Source of the DNA: Octopus sinensis
Taxonomy: Eukaryota
Assembly (NCBI RefSeq): GCF_006345805.1
Contig: NC_043002.1
Span: 67,270,001 to 67,334,000 of the forward strand
Length of the DNA: 64,000 bases
Reading direction: 5' to 3'
Positions 1-13,382 of the stretch are shown here, in pieces. The translations under genes were made by a program, and so were the position numbers. Below the pieces are notes generated by a model. It made no database searches. It was not told where the DNA came from and saw only the letters and a list, made by a program, of their open reading frames with translations. Every line of letters begins with the position of its first letter. The stretch's first letter is position 1.

Positions 1-1113
1 GGAGAAGAACTGGAACGAGATAACGAGTAGGGTGGTCACTCTCGCCCGGCAATGGGCCGAGAGGAAACTGTCCCTAAAAGGTCGGGCTGAGGTGGCGAAC
101 ACGTACATCGCGTCCGTCATCTACTACCGCCTGACCGTCGTACCTTGTCCCGACCCTACCATCACCAAACTACAACGCATTCTCTTTCGCTTCTTGTGGA
201 AAGGATGCGCCGATGGTCAGGCGATCCATTTGCTGTCAACACCCGTTAAAAGGAGGGCTGGGCATGCCGTGGTTGATGATGCGCAGACACGCGCTGAGAC
301 TGCGACATCTCTGGCTCTATGTAGACGACGGTGAACAGGCGTGGTCGCCGTTTGTGAGGCACGCTTTCCCGCAGCTCGTCTCCATGACCGAACTGCAGTC
401 GTGGATCAAAAAGAGGCCGAAGAAGGGCGAATGGCACCGCGAGTGTCGCGTTGCTCTCAAGCAACTCTGCCGTCCTGGGTCGACCTTGAGTGACTTCAAC
501 ACAACCAAAGCATTCTATAGGGGTTTAGTGGAGGGGAGGTACGACGACGAGCTCGGGGCGAACCTGGACGTCGACGAGGAGTACCTGACCGCCTGTTCAG
601 GACGACTTTCGGGCCAGGGCCCATGGACAACTTCCAGAGATCCCTGGCCTGGCAGTGCTACCGAGAAGCGCTACCCGTTCGGGATAAGCTCTACAGACAC
701 GGCTCGAGAAACACGGGGCCGACCTGCCCGAGATGCGGGTCAGCGACGACGAAACCGTTCTGCACGCACTCGTGCAGTGTCCAACAATTTCCGACCTGTG
801 GGCTTATGTCGAATGACTGCTGTCACGTGTGGGACGAGTCGGTTTATCAGCTGAGTCTATCGTTAATATTGTCACGCCTCCCTCCTTCAAACGGGAAGGA
901 AGAGCTATTTTCATCATCCTTGTGGCTATGGCGAAAGAATGTATCTGGTGGACGCGTCTGAAAGGATTGGAGACAAACACTTTCCTCTCTGGTCAATCTC
1001 TCATCAACTTCTTCAAGTACCACTTGAAAAGGAAAGTGAGAGTAGAGAGGCAAGTTTTGTCTAGCGAATGTTTTAAAAAAAGATGGGTGAATGTAGCAAG
1101 AATGGCAGTATGA
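1..1113 (+). mobile_element. Tx1/L1-type LINE ORF2 C-terminal remnant (RT thumb region plus zf-RVT zinc knuckle), frameshifted
   Basis: Four overlapping frames join into LSLKGRAEVANTYIASVIYY...FRFLWKG / HPLKGGLGMP / LAWQCYREALPVRDKL...CPRCG...H..C / WWTR. These are typical Tx1/L1 motifs. At least 3 frameshifts; GC content well above the flanks; element continues left of the window. Confidence 0.85.
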
Positions 1114-1308
1114 ATGACGAAGCCACCTTGAGCATGATCCTATGAACCCAGAAATTGAAAACAGAGAGTTGCTTATTTGCAAAAAAAAAAAAAAAGAAAT
1201 ATAACATGTGACTCCATTGACCGAGGTTACCGTGGTCTTTTCCGTAGGCTTTTCTTTCCACGGGTAAACCTCACCTGTCCTCCCCTTTACACTTCATATT
1301 GACATTTC

Positions 1309-1541
1309 TGTGATAACGATCCCTATTGATCAATTTTTTTTTTTTTTCTCTTTTTTTTCTTCCTCTCCCCCTTTTTTTTAACCCCCCTTTTTTGTCCTCT
1401 TTCTCTCCTTTTACGATCCCTTTTGATCGAAACTCCCCCTTCCTTTTTTTTCTTTTTTTTTTTTTTAAACCTTCAAAAGAAAAGCTCTACCTTGTAATTT
1501 GTTCCATCTGTGTGCAGCCCTGTGTGGCTAATAAAGAAACA

Positions 1542-1587
<46 letters not shown>

Positions 1588-1882
1588 GCCACCAATCTAT
1601 CTAGCCATCTATCTACCTGTGATTACGATCCCTATTGATCAACTTTTTTTCCTCTCCCCTTTTCTTTTTTTTAAATTCTCCCCTTTTTTTGTCCTCTTTC
1701 TTTCCTTTTACGATCCCTTTTGATCGAAAACCAACCCCCTTTTTTTTACCCCCAAAAGAAAAGCTCTACCTTGTAATTTGTTCTGTCTGTGTGCAGCCCT
1801 GTGTGGCTAATAAAGAAACATATCTCTCTATCTATCTATCTATCTATCTATCTAGCCATCTATCTATCTGTCTATCTATCTA

Positions 1883-1885
<3 letters not shown>
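1309..1885 (+). repeat. Tandem duplication (~309 bp period) of a T-rich putative LINE 3' UTR ending in AATAAA plus a (TATC)n tail
   Basis: Both units start tgtgat(a/t)acgatccctattgatcaa (1309, 1618) and end ccctgtgtggctaataaagaaacata followed by (TATC)n. Confidence 0.85.
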
Positions 1886-1913
<28 letters not shown>

Positions 1914-1963
1914 CCATCTATCTATCCATCCATCTATCTACCTATCTATCAATATCTATATAT

Positions 1964-2187
1964 CGTGGCACTCCGTCGTTTACGATGACACGGGTTCCAG
2001 TTGATGCGTTCAACGGAAATTAACGTGCAAGTGGTTGAGCACTCTACAGACCGGTGTACCCTTAACGTAGTTCTCGGGGAGATTCATGGTGACACAGAGC
2101 GTGACAAGGCTGGCCCTTTGTAAAACAGGTACAACAGAAACAGGAAGAAAGAGTGAGAGAAAGTTATGGTGAAAGAGTACAGCAGGC
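1964..2187 (-). mobile_element. tRNA-derived SINE family C, 3' part only
   Basis: Reverse complement of the 3' half of the full copy at 15757-16141. Confidence 0.8.
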
Positions 2188-2459
2188 TTTGAAAAAAGTC
2201 CTGGGATCGATTTGTTCGACTAAAACCCCTCAAGGCAGTGCTCCAGCATGGTCGAAGTTAAATGATTGAAACAAGTAAAAAAAAAATAAAAAAGAATATA
2301 TATATGTCTGTATGTGTGTATAAATATATATATATATTTATAGACATATATATAAAGATATATATATATATATATGTGCATATATCTATTTATATATGTT
2401 TATATATAAATAAATATATATATATATGCTTTTTATATTCTTTTACTTCTTTCAATCAT

Positions 2460-2490
<31 letters not shown>

Positions 2491-3224
2491 ATATGCACAA
2501 GCACACACACACGCACACATATACACACATCTATATAAACATATATGCCTCCGCACTCTCACATATGCGCACGCAAAGAGAAATATTATGCCTTGTATGT
2601 CAAACATACATAGCTAAACCGCATACATCTCTCTGTATTGGCATACAGTTGCCGATATTTCGAAGCACACCGTTTTGATCTGATCAGTGGTGATATATAT
2701 ATATATTTAAAAATAGACCGTTCACACATTAAGGTGTTGATTTACATAGTTTTTCGCACCTGTACTGCAATAATCAGCAGGCAGGTGTGCAAAACAGGTA
2801 GAAGAGTGGGACGTAGGAGAAGATATTATTGCCAAAGTTTATGAGTGAGTGAACCAGAGTCCTGTAAAGTAGCCAACATTAACAAAGGCCTTAGCTATAA
2901 ACATCAAGCTGCTATGAAATAGTAACGAAGATGGCTGTTTCGGTAGCAACGGCAGCCATAATGTCAACAGGGCAGGTGAAATAAATATTAGAAAATGGTT
3001 GAAGAAATACAATAGTCGTACAGGAAGGGATTACGCGTAGATTCAGTAATGCCCTGTTTGATGATACATGAATGTGCAGTGTCTTTATTTATTAATGTTA
3101 AGATGATTTATTGATAACATCTTAGTAGCCACTGATCAGTCTTGTCTTTAATATCTATTGTTAATTGCTGTAATTAAGCTTTAGCAATCCTGAAATCGCA
3201 GTCAATACTTCTTTACACGAACGA

Positions 3225-3680
3225 TGCCACACACGCACATGCACGCACACACACACACACACACGTATGCACGCACACGCACATACGCACGCACGCATAC
3301 ACACACGTACACTCACCCCCCCCGCACGTATACATACGTGTGCACATACACATGCATACACGCTCGCGGCGCGCACACATGCACGCACACACAAACACAT
3401 GCATACACACACATGCACTCCCACACACACACAGACACACACACACACGCACGCACACACACATATGCACACACATTCACACACATGCACGCACACACAC
3501 GCGTGCATGAACACACACACGCACATACGTACACACACAAGCACGCACACACACACACATAGACACCTGAATACACACACGCACACAAACACAGGTACGT
3601 ATACACACACACTCACAGATACAGACATACACACACAGAGGCACACGCACACACACAAGCCTGCGCGCACACACATACCC
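3225..3680. repeat. Degenerate (CA)n/(CACG)n/(CATA)n microsatellite field
   Basis: Directly visible; it produces the HT/CV-rich pseudo-ORFs. Confidence 0.95.
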
Positions 3681-3810
3681 ATCAAAGCCTGTTCAGAAAA
3701 GCAATCGAACGCTGCAAACATCCCACCAACCACCTGCGCTATGCACTGTATACGTCATCCATGCATGGCGTCTGCGGCCTTCCGCATGAACGAACCTGAC
3801 CATAGTCTTA

Positions 3811-4352
3811 ATAATCCTTTTCACAATAGGCACAAAGCCTGAGCTTTTAGAGGAAGGGGTAAGTCGGAAACATCGACCCCAGTGCTCGACTGATACTTTA
3901 TTTTATCGATCTCGAAAGGATGTAAAGCAAAGTCCACTTCGGCGGGATTTGAACTGGGAGCGTAAAGACAGATGAAATACCGCCGAGTATTTTTGCCAAG
4001 TGCGTTAACGATTCTGCCAGTTTTAATAACGACTTCTTATTTCGGCACAAGGCCAGCAACTTTGATGGGGAGGTTTAAGTCGATGATATAGAGTACCGGA
4101 TCTTAATTGGCACCAATTTTAACGAAGCCGAAGGGATGAAAGGCAAAGTTGAACTCAGCGTGGTTTGTATTCAGAACGTAAAGAATCGGAAGAAATAGCA
4201 CAAGATATTTTCGCCGACGCTCTAACGATTCTGCCAGTTCGCCCATCTTAAATGTACAAGGCTAACGACTTTGAGAGGTGGGCTTAGTTGATACTATCGG
4301 TCTCAGTACTTGACTTGTACTTTATGTTACCGATCCCGAAAGAATGAAAGGC
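3811..4352 (-). mobile_element. SINE family B (ggcggcgagctggcagaa head; gcctttcatcctttcggggtcgata core), stacked degenerate copies
   Basis: Reverse-complement matches to the core cgaaaggatgaaaggcaaagtcgac at ~3915, ~4135 and ~4340. Confidence 0.8.
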
Positions 4353-4771
4353 ATGGCTGTGTGGTAAGTAGCTTGCTTACCAACAACATGGTTCCGGGTT
4401 CAGTCCCACTGCGTGGCACCTTAAGTGTCTTCTACTATAGCCTCGGGCCTACCAAAGCCTTGTGAGTGAATTTTGTAGACGGAAACTGAAAGAGGCCCGT
4501 CGTGTATGTGTGTATGTATGTATGTATGTATGTATGTATGTATGTATGTGTGTGTATATGTTTGTGTGTCTGTGTTTGTCACCCCCAACATCGCTTGACA
4601 GCCGATGCTGGTGTGTTTATGTCTCCGTAACTTAGCGGTTCGGCAAAAGAGACCGATAGAATAAGTACTAGGCTTACAAAGAATAAGTCCTGGGGTCGAT
4701 TTTCTCGACTAAAAGCGGTGCTCCAGCATGGCCGCAATCAAATGACTGAAACAAGTAGAAGAGTAAAGAGA
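4353..4771 (+). mobile_element. tRNA-derived SINE family A, near full length
   Basis: Head tggctgtgtggtaagtagcttgc...ccgggttcagtcccac (A/B-box-like), central microsatellite, tail gcggtgctccagcatggccgca...gactgaaacaagta; about 15 copies in the window. Confidence 0.9.
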
Positions 4772-4814
4772 GTCAGAACAGAGCCTTCGGTTTCGTAAAA
4801 CAGGTGTCTATTAA

Positions 4815-5037
4815 CCCATTCGTGCCGAAATTTTTCTAGTAAATGAAATTGCCTGAAAAATTTACAGATACTATTATTTTGACCTAAATAACTGAAAAAA
4901 TTTTCATTGAAACACGCGTTAAGAACATGTTTCATTCTTTGATAAACATCATACACAAATAACAATTTATATCAAGTATTTGTTTTATACCCTTATAAAT
5001 TAAGTATCAGTTTAAGTGGACGATCGGCGTGAATGGG
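4815..5037. mobile_element. piggyBac-like MITE
   Basis: TTAA on both sides (4811-4814, 5038-5041); 14-bp TIRs cccattcgtgccga / tcggcgtgaatggg (12/14 match). Confidence 0.85.
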
Positions 5038-5114
5038 TTAAGATCTGGTACTCTATAACATCGACTTAGACTTCCCATCAAAGTTGCTGGTCTTATGCCT
5101 AAATAATTAGCCGT

Positions 5115-5260
5115 TAGCAAGTCTAGCAGACTCGTTAACGCACTGGGCAAAAGTACTTAGCGGAATTTCATCTGTCTTTATGTTCCCAGTTCAAATCCCG
5201 CCGAAGTGGACTTTGCTTTACATCCTTTCGGGATCGATAAAATAAAGTGTCAGAAGTACA
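5115..5260 (+). mobile_element. SINE family B, degenerate
   Basis: gttcaaatcccgccgaagtggactttgctttacatcctttcgggatcgataa core. Confidence 0.7.
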
Positions 5261-6079
5261 AAGCGTTCTCTGTATGCTTTAACAATTCAACCAGCTCTCC
5301 ACCATAGACTGCAGTTTTAATATCAGCACGCGGTGTCACGCCACTTCAGTGAGTCATCTATCTACACGTTCTAGATTGAATATATGTTTAGTGCACGGAA
5401 CGATCTATCGCAAGTTTAACAAGGAAGTATTCTGAGAGACAACTTCATTTTCAAATAGGGGAAAAAATAAAATGTTCCGAGCCTTTCGCAATGTCACAAG
5501 TTTGAGTCGTACCAGCGTTTCAACTTGAGTATAATATCTACCGAAAATTATTCTAAATCTCGACAACCTTCGACGAAAACAAACGACAATCACATTGAGA
5601 AGTGTGTGACATCAAGATTTGTAAAAAAAATAAACTGGTTGAAATTCTGTGAAGTTTCTGAACAAATACGCACTTACGAAAGCACGTGGTGTCACATGAT
5701 TTAAAAAATGTTTGTGCCGATTGATAAGATAAATACACTTTCGCTGGTTACTCTACATGACTGCTAAGTTATATTTGAATAGGTACAGCATATGTCCTGC
5801 AATGAAGGAATTCACCGAATAATTAACGAATCTTCTGTTAAGCCAATTTTAGCGATAGCCAAATCGGCTTCTCTAATTACACGCATATAAAGTAGCCCTC
5901 TTGGTGATTCGCACACCTTGTACTCCTCATGCTACGCTTCTGAGTACTGCGAACCAGAAAGATTAAAGATGAAGGGCGGTTAATACATCCGTATATATTT
6001 TTTAAGTCTTTGTGTCCTCTTCATATACTGAGTTAAAAAGAAATTTAAATATTTCTTTTTTAATATAAAACAGTTTATG

Positions 6080-6580
6080 AGGCGGCGAGCTGGCAGAATC
6101 GTTAGCACGCCGGGCGAAATGCTTAGCAGGATTTCGTCTGCCGCTACGTTCTGAGTTCAAATTCCGCCGAGGTCGACTTTGCCTTTCATCCTTTCGGGAT
6201 CGATTAAATAAGTACCAGTTACGCACTGGGGTCGATGTAATCAACTTAATCCGTTTGTCTGTCCTTGTTTGTTCTCTCCTTGTGGATAGTAAAGAAACAG
6301 GTATTTCGTCTGCCGTTACGTTCTGAATTCAAATTCCACCGAAGTCGACTTTGCCTTTCATCCTTTCGGGGTCGATAAATAAAGTACCAGTTACGCACTG
6401 GGGTCGATATAATCGACTTAATCTCTTTGTCTGTCCTTGTTTGTCCTTTCTGTGTTTAGCCCCTTGTGGGTAGTAAAGAAATGGGGTCGATAAATTAAGT
6501 ACCAGTTACGTACTGGGGTCGAACTAATCGACTGGCTCGCTTCCCCCAAAATTTCAGGCCGTGTGCCTAGAGTAGAAGAG
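6080..6580 (+). mobile_element. SINE family B with internally repeated ~172-bp body
   Basis: Head at 6081; body unit tttcgtctgcc...aaagaaacaggta starts at 6132 and again at 6304. Confidence 0.9.
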
Positions 6581-8359
6581 AATATTTAAAAATTTTATAT
6601 GATAAACTGCTTGTTAGCTTCAATCATAATAGCAACAGCAGTAACAATAAAGACGGCAAGTATAAATCAGAATATAAAATAAATATCAAACGGTTGATAC
6701 GCATTATATCCAAAGCTCAGAGTATGTGCCTCAGTTTCATCGAAGCCATATGCTAAAGGTAGAGGTACGAATAATAAAGTTTGTACGAAATCATATACTA
6801 AAGGCTGGATCAGGCGGTAATGGAAATTAAACCAGCAAAAGTATATTTGCTTTAGCTATCAGCATACAGCAACACCATGAAAAGAACACGAACCCTCAGT
6901 TTCACAACTAAGACGGTGGAGGACACTACCGATTGAACCAATTGTAATTCTGAACCGTCGCCTGATTGTCTGCTTATTTATTTTTAATGTTGGTTAGTTA
7001 TTGATTTTTAAATGCTCAAAGACGAAAAGAAAATCTCTCTATATTTACATTTAGATGCATGTAACATCGTTATCAATGTACCCCCAATATACCACAGTCA
7101 TAGTCATCATAATGTATTGTTGAAGAGAAACAAGGACAAGAAAATTAAGAATAATATAAAACAACAACAGCAGCAGCAGCAGCAGCAGCTGCAGCAAAAA
7201 TGAGCGTACGGATGTTGAAAAGCATCTTTCGTGTTTAAAGTTAGCAATACTGGAGCAGTATTACTTTCTTTGTGGTCATCAATAATCGAACGATGCCTTT
7301 ATAGCGTGATCAATATTCTGTAGCCATGTCTAAAGTAGTCTTTATCAGCTCTAGTCCAGACGTATGCACGCCATCAATCATAATCGGTACCGTACTAAAG
7401 ACGTCAGAAATATCTCTGGCTTGGGTTTTAATCTAGGCTACCGGACTAAACCTACGCCTCATCTCTTTAGGGAAGAAGTAGGACACAGCAGTGGGCGGTA
7501 ACATATTTAATGCCACAATAAACTAGAATATGGGGAGACACCCCCCACCGCCCAGATATTAAATTATGAAAATTAATTCAAAATAGAATACTGTTATGAA
7601 GTCTGTTTGATCTTTGGTAGTATGGTGACAACTCTGGACATGTTTCGGTCTTATTAAACTTCTTCAGCAAAACTGCGAGATCAATGGAAGGTCTTTTTGG
7701 TCTTTGGAAGAATGAAAGCAACACCGGACATATTCCGGTCCAGAAGTTATCCTCAAACTGGAGAGCTGGCTTGAATGTCTGCAAAAGAGTAAGGTCTAAG
7801 AATCCACCTCCGTCCAGGTTCATGATGGCAGGATTTGAATGCGGAACGCAATGAGATATCCGGATCGAACTTCTCAGTTACCTCCACTGATCGGTTTTCA
7901 TTTTTCTTTGTTTTCTCCGATAAAATCGTCCATTAGCTGAGATATGGTACACACACACACACACATACACACACACTCGCGCACATACGCCGATCAGCTA
8001 GGCTACAAATCATTGTGGAAGTTTGAGAGAAAGCCCAAGACCTACCAAGTGGTATGTATGTGTGTGTGTGTGTGCGTGTATATGTGTGCAATGACCTTGA
8101 GCTAAACTGTATCAGCTCCAAATCCCGCTCAGTGAATCACATCTCTCTTCATACCCAAACAAAGGAATCTATACATGGTCGTTCAATCTGCTAAAAATCT
8201 GTTTGTTTTATTTTTTATTTTTTTTTTTTTTAATATCAATCTTTACTTACACTTATATCGAAAAACAAAAATAAGAAAACGGGGAAAAAAATCTATCAAT
8301 CGTTGCCAGATTCAGGTAAGCGACCTAATTATCTAAGCTGTTTGTCAGCTTCAACTTCA

Positions 8360-8479
8360 CTGTTTGATGATGATGGTGATGATGATGACGTTGATAGTTG
8401 GGGTCAGGGTCATAATAATAATGCTGATGATAATGTTTGCTTTGGTGTATTGTTGTTGGTGGTGATGATGATGATAATG

Positions 8480-8536
<57 letters not shown>

Positions 8537-8560
8537 ACTACTACTACTACTAATAATGGT
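8360..8560. repeat. Compound trinucleotide microsatellite (GAT/ACT/GCT)
   Basis: Directly visible. Confidence 0.9.
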
Positions 8561-8649
8561 GTTATTTCTGTGTATAATAGTAGGTTCGGTCGTTATTTTC
8601 CAGATTTCTCCAATATCATATATATATATATATACCTAGATATACATAC

Positions 8650-8739
<90 letters not shown>

Positions 8740-9760
8740 GTACGTATGTATGTATGTTATACATGCATAAGATAATAACCAATAACAACAGGGCAACGTA
8801 CTTACTTCATGAGATCGACCATTTGCTAATATTGAATTTGATCTTCAAAGTCGCCTGCTTGAAAGAGAAATCTTTAAATATGAGGCGTTCGGATTAGAAA
8901 GGACAAATGTGAGTGGTGATGGTGGTGGTGGTGCTGGTGGAGGGGAGCACTTAGATGTTGTGTATTCCGCAGAAAACCTATGCATTATTTAGTCTGTTTA
9001 TCTTCTTGTCTTTTATCTTTTACTTGTTCCAGTTGTTAGGCCGCGGCCATGCTGGTCCACCGCAAGGTGGGACTGGATCAAGAAGGTCTAACTTTGAAAG
9101 ACCCGAAACCTCCTAAGACCCTAGAAGCATCACCGATGAATTATCCCAGGACAAAACACAGTCGTGACAATATATCTTAGAACTACCTTTAAAACTACGT
9201 TGTTACACGTTTCCATTCTCTCTCTTAACAACTGATAAAACGCTTGCTAAGTTTTTTGGTACAGTCACTGTTGACCAAATGGATTGTAAAGATTTGACAG
9301 CCAAAACATTAATGGTTTGTTCCTTATCTCCAACGTTTAATAATAAGTAAGTACGAGCAGCCGTATAGATCACCTCAGTACTGTAGTTAGTAAAAGGAAC
9401 TACATAATTGAAAGATGTTTCGTTTTAGTTCGGAACTTGAACCTTCCCATCGATCTCAGTGGTTATCACCCTTACAATAAATAACTAGCCACCAGAGAAC
9501 GCCACGTGTTTGAATTTTCATGTAAGTTCCTCCTAGAAGTATTACAACATGAAGCTGAAATATTAAGGGGTGCTTCAGCAACGCAGTTACTGAGAATAAA
9601 CTATATAAAATTAAGTAGATTCTCCGAATCTCGTTAAGTTCTTAGATCAGGATGCCGAATTTTTTAGAGATCAGGATGCCGACTTTTCAAAACGAATGTC
9701 ACTGTATCACCTCTAAAGATCTAATTTTTACAATTGCCTTAGATTTAGCTCAATCTAGAG

Positions 9761-9920
9761 CAGTGCTCAGCAGCCTTTTTCCACTTGTATTCTTTTCAGA
9801 ATTCAGCGGCACACCTGAACTAGAAGTATAGGGGAAAAATTATATTCAGGTTACTGCGACACATCTAGCATTGTCTCGTGACACACCAGTGTGCTACGGC
9901 ATACCAATTTCGGAGCATTG
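9761..9920. mobile_element. Degenerate hAT-like MITE
   Basis: Ends cagtgctc / gagcattg (7/8 inverted match); subterminal gtgacacaccagtgtgctacggcatacc resembles hAT MITE ends; no TSD seen. Confidence 0.45.
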
Positions 9921-10479
9921 TCGTGTGGCAAGTGAAACCTGCAATATTCATCGCTGCGTTAGAGTATATCCGTTCGGAAGTGCTAAAACGTCAGCTTTGC
10001 AAGATTCATTCGACATACATCAATTCTGTAGCTGATGTCGCTGCAACTACTTAAAACGGATAAACATTCGTCTAATTAACAAGTACACATTTACAACCAA
10101 CCAGATTAGGGTGTTGAATGTATTCGTGAGTGACAACCCACGCAGTGTCATGCGAAGCGTTTAACCCTTCTTCTGATAATTCCGGCAGAGATATCAACTG
10201 TTTTCCGTGACCCATTTAAAACAAAGTGTTAATTACCTTAGTTATTCGGGTAGGAGAGCGAGGATGAGAAAGGGGTATGTTTGAAGGAAATACTGTTTTG
10301 AAATGGAAGTGGTTTCTAACGAAAATTTTAGACATTTTCTCAATTCGTATCTTAATCCTCTCAGTATGGAATTACCTCTGTTTGTGGAAATGGAAAACAT
10401 CTGTAATATACGTCAGTGTCTCCGGCATCATATTGTCGGGTTTTAGGATGCATTGTGTGAGTCTATCTATTTAAATGCC

Positions 10480-10517
10480 TATCTATTTGTCTGTCTGTCT
10501 CTCTGTCCATCCATCCG

Positions 10518-10579
<62 letters not shown>

Positions 10580-10998
10580 ATCTATCTATCTATCTATCTA
10601 TCTGTTTGTTTGTCTGTATGTGTGTATATGCATAGATACACACACATATATATACATACACATACATGCATATATGTATAAATATATATGCATACACACA
10701 CACACATCATTATAGATATTACACACGCATAAATACATGAATATATCTGTGTGTGTATGTATCTGAATCTACGTACAGATACATACACATACATACATAT
10801 GCATATATATATATATGTGTATGTGCGTGTGTGTGTGTACATACATGTATGCATACGTATATACATGTTTGTATCTATGCGTATACAGTATTCATCTCTC
10901 TACGTATCTGTCTATTTACCTATCCGCATACACGCGCGCGCGCACACACGCACACGCGCGCGCGCACACACACGCACACGCGCGCGAATACACACACG

Positions 10999-11030
<32 letters not shown>
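10480..11030. repeat. (TATC)n, (TACA)n and (CA)n microsatellite field
   Basis: Directly visible. Confidence 0.95.
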
Positions 11031-11033
<3 letters not shown>

Positions 11034-11716
11034 AAACAGACATATATGTATATCAAACCGAGAGAGAGAAGTGGGGAGTGAAATACATGGATAGATGTTT
11101 AAATAAATACATATTCTGATTGATTGATTTCCTATCTACACCTATCGTACCTGGAATATCAATCAACCGAAATGCTTTCTCTTCGAGTGGTAAAGTTACA
11201 TTAACCCCAAATTTCACTGATGTCCCGTGTAACACCATAAACTGAAAACATTTCGTACGTTAAAATATTTCTAATTGACCAAGCGTGTAGTTGTACCTTC
11301 CTTTACGATGTGTGTGTATATATATGTGTTCGAATGCGTGCGTGCAAGAACGTGTGTGGCCTATGTGTTTGCATGGAGAAGAAGATGAGAGAGAGAAAGA
11401 GAAGGAGAAAATTCGGGTATGTTTAGTAATGTCGAAATGGTTTTACCAAACGTTGGATCTATTGTGGAAGAAGACATGGAGAATGGTTTAGTGTTTGCTT
11501 TTCTATTCACTCCATTTCCAACTTGAACATTTTAACACGGGAACGATGTAGGTGAAGTTTTACTGTTAGTTGAGCTACGAACGTGAATATGAATTATGTT
11601 GCTGTTTCACCTTACCGAGAAATCTTCCTTCATCTTGCAGTTCCCAATATCCATTTTGACTAAGCTTCCTGGGCTGTTAATAGTTTTGTAAATTTAACGT
11701 TTGCAATGGCTGTACA

Positions 11717-11929
11717 ATACAAGCGGTCGAAATGAGGCTCCTTCGAAGAATCTCTGGAGTAACGTTACTCGACAGAGTGCGTTGCTAAGAGGCCAGGGAA
11801 TCTCTCCAGATCAAGTCACTGCTTCGCCACATTCGCAGCTCACATCTCCAGTACTACGGAAATGGAAATGTGATTAGAACATCACAGGAAAGAATCGCAA
11901 GACGGATTTTTCAAGCCGAACCAACAGGC

Positions 11930-11931
<2 letters not shown>
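11717..11931 (+). mobile_element. RTE-clade LINE C-terminal fragment
   Basis: Translates [67 protein letters not shown], matching the RTE pattern IQAAEMRFLRR...DRVR...SQLRWFGHVLRM..ER; one in-frame stop. Confidence 0.8.
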
Positions 11932-11934
<3 letters not shown>

Positions 11935-11980
<46 letters not shown>

Positions 11981-12184
11981 CATACATACATACATATATA
12001 TACATACATATACATACATATATATACATACATATACATACATATATATACATACATATACATACATATATATACATACATATACATACATACATATACA
12101 TACATACATACATATATATACATACATACATACATATATATACATACATACATGCATATACATACATACATATACATACATACA

Positions 12185-12220
<36 letters not shown>

Positions 12221-12222
12221 TA
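11935..12222. repeat. (CA)n then (TACA/TA)n array
   Basis: Directly visible. Confidence 0.95.
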
Positions 12223-12223
12223 T

Positions 12224-12500
12224 AAAGTTAATCCAAACAAGAAAACACAAAAAAAACACAACAACGCGAGGACGTGGAACAAATATAGTATTATTGGACG
12301 CTCAGGAAAGAAGGAGGGTTTAACGTTTCGAGCGGAGCTCTTCGTCGGAAACATAAGAGAAGGAAAGATCCAGAGAAGGGAAGACAGAGGAAAAAAATCG
12401 CCAACGGTACACACGAGGTCACATTTTGAAAGACCGGAAGGAAAAGGGTAAAGAAAGATGCTTTCAAAGACAGAAGAGTAGTGTAGTCAAAGACAGCGGA
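12224..12500 (-). mobile_element. Penelope-type terminal repeat fragment carrying a minimal hammerhead motif
   Basis: Near-identical to 30449-30637 (opposite strand); abuts (TA)n; HHR motif at 12318-12352. Confidence 0.65.
12318..12352 (-). ncRNA. Minimal type-I hammerhead ribozyme motif (U4C variant)
   Basis: RNA: GUUU-CCGACGA-A-GAGC(UCC)GCUC-GAAA-CG-UU-AAAC. Stem I GUUU/AAAC, stem II GAGC/GCUC, loopless palindromic stem III. Confidence 0.65.
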
Positions 12501-12960
12501 ATATTAGGAGGGGGAATGTGTGTGTAAGTGTGGATGTGTGCGTGCGCGGTGGTGTGCGTGTGTATGTGTGCAATGATGACACGTGTGTGTGTGTGTGCGT
12601 GTGTGTGTGTATGTGTGTGTGGTTGTAGCTGTAAACAACAGGCTAATAGTAAGGCTGGCTAGTTTGTTAGAATAAGGAGCGGTGTTTTTGTCCCTGCCAC
12701 AGGTCAGTATTTTGAAGTATGTGTGTGTGCGTGTATGTATATGTATCGTGTGTGTGTTTTGTTTGTAGTGTGTATGTGTGTGTTCGTGTAAGTATGAGTA
12801 GAGTTAGGGTGTGTGGCGAATAACTGTGTTTTACTTAGTGTATGTGTGCGTGTGTGCTTGTACGTGCGTGTGTGTATATATGTATGTATAATTGTGTGCC
12901 GTGTGTATGGGATGTATGTGTGGGTTCATTTGTGTGTGTGTGTATGTATGTGCGTGCGTG

Positions 12961-13028
<68 letters not shown>

Positions 13029-13382
13029 GTCTGAAATCCATCAAGAGAGTGCAATGATGGTTGCTTCTACTAGGACGCTATGGATGAGGTTCCTGGGGTC
13101 TCTATCCCCACGACCTTCCCTGGAATAATAGGCAGATAAAATAAATGGATGGATGGGTGGGTAGATGGATGGATGGATAGTAGCCGCAATAGCAGAGGTA
13201 AAAAGGATGAGTGGATAAAAGCTTTATTCAATGAGATATTCATTATAACCATTATAAAACGAAGCTTTTCGCTCATAGACGGTTCAACTGGATGTTGAGT
13301 CTTAGTTTTTCTCAATACGTTTCTGAATTAATTCTTCATCAATGTAACTTTGAGAAGAATCAAACTTTTGCTTAAACTCTTT

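Noticed and set aside
3161-3842. Long ORFs (up to ~190 aa) rich in HT, CV, YI or LSIY, here and throughout the window
   Set aside because: They are translations of CA/TA/TATC microsatellites, open in several frames on both strands.
7578-7823. 81-aa ORF in non-repeat sequence (MNLDGGGFLDL...)
   Set aside because: No recognisable domain or convincing splice sites; only a faint resemblance to the LINE GGLG motif.
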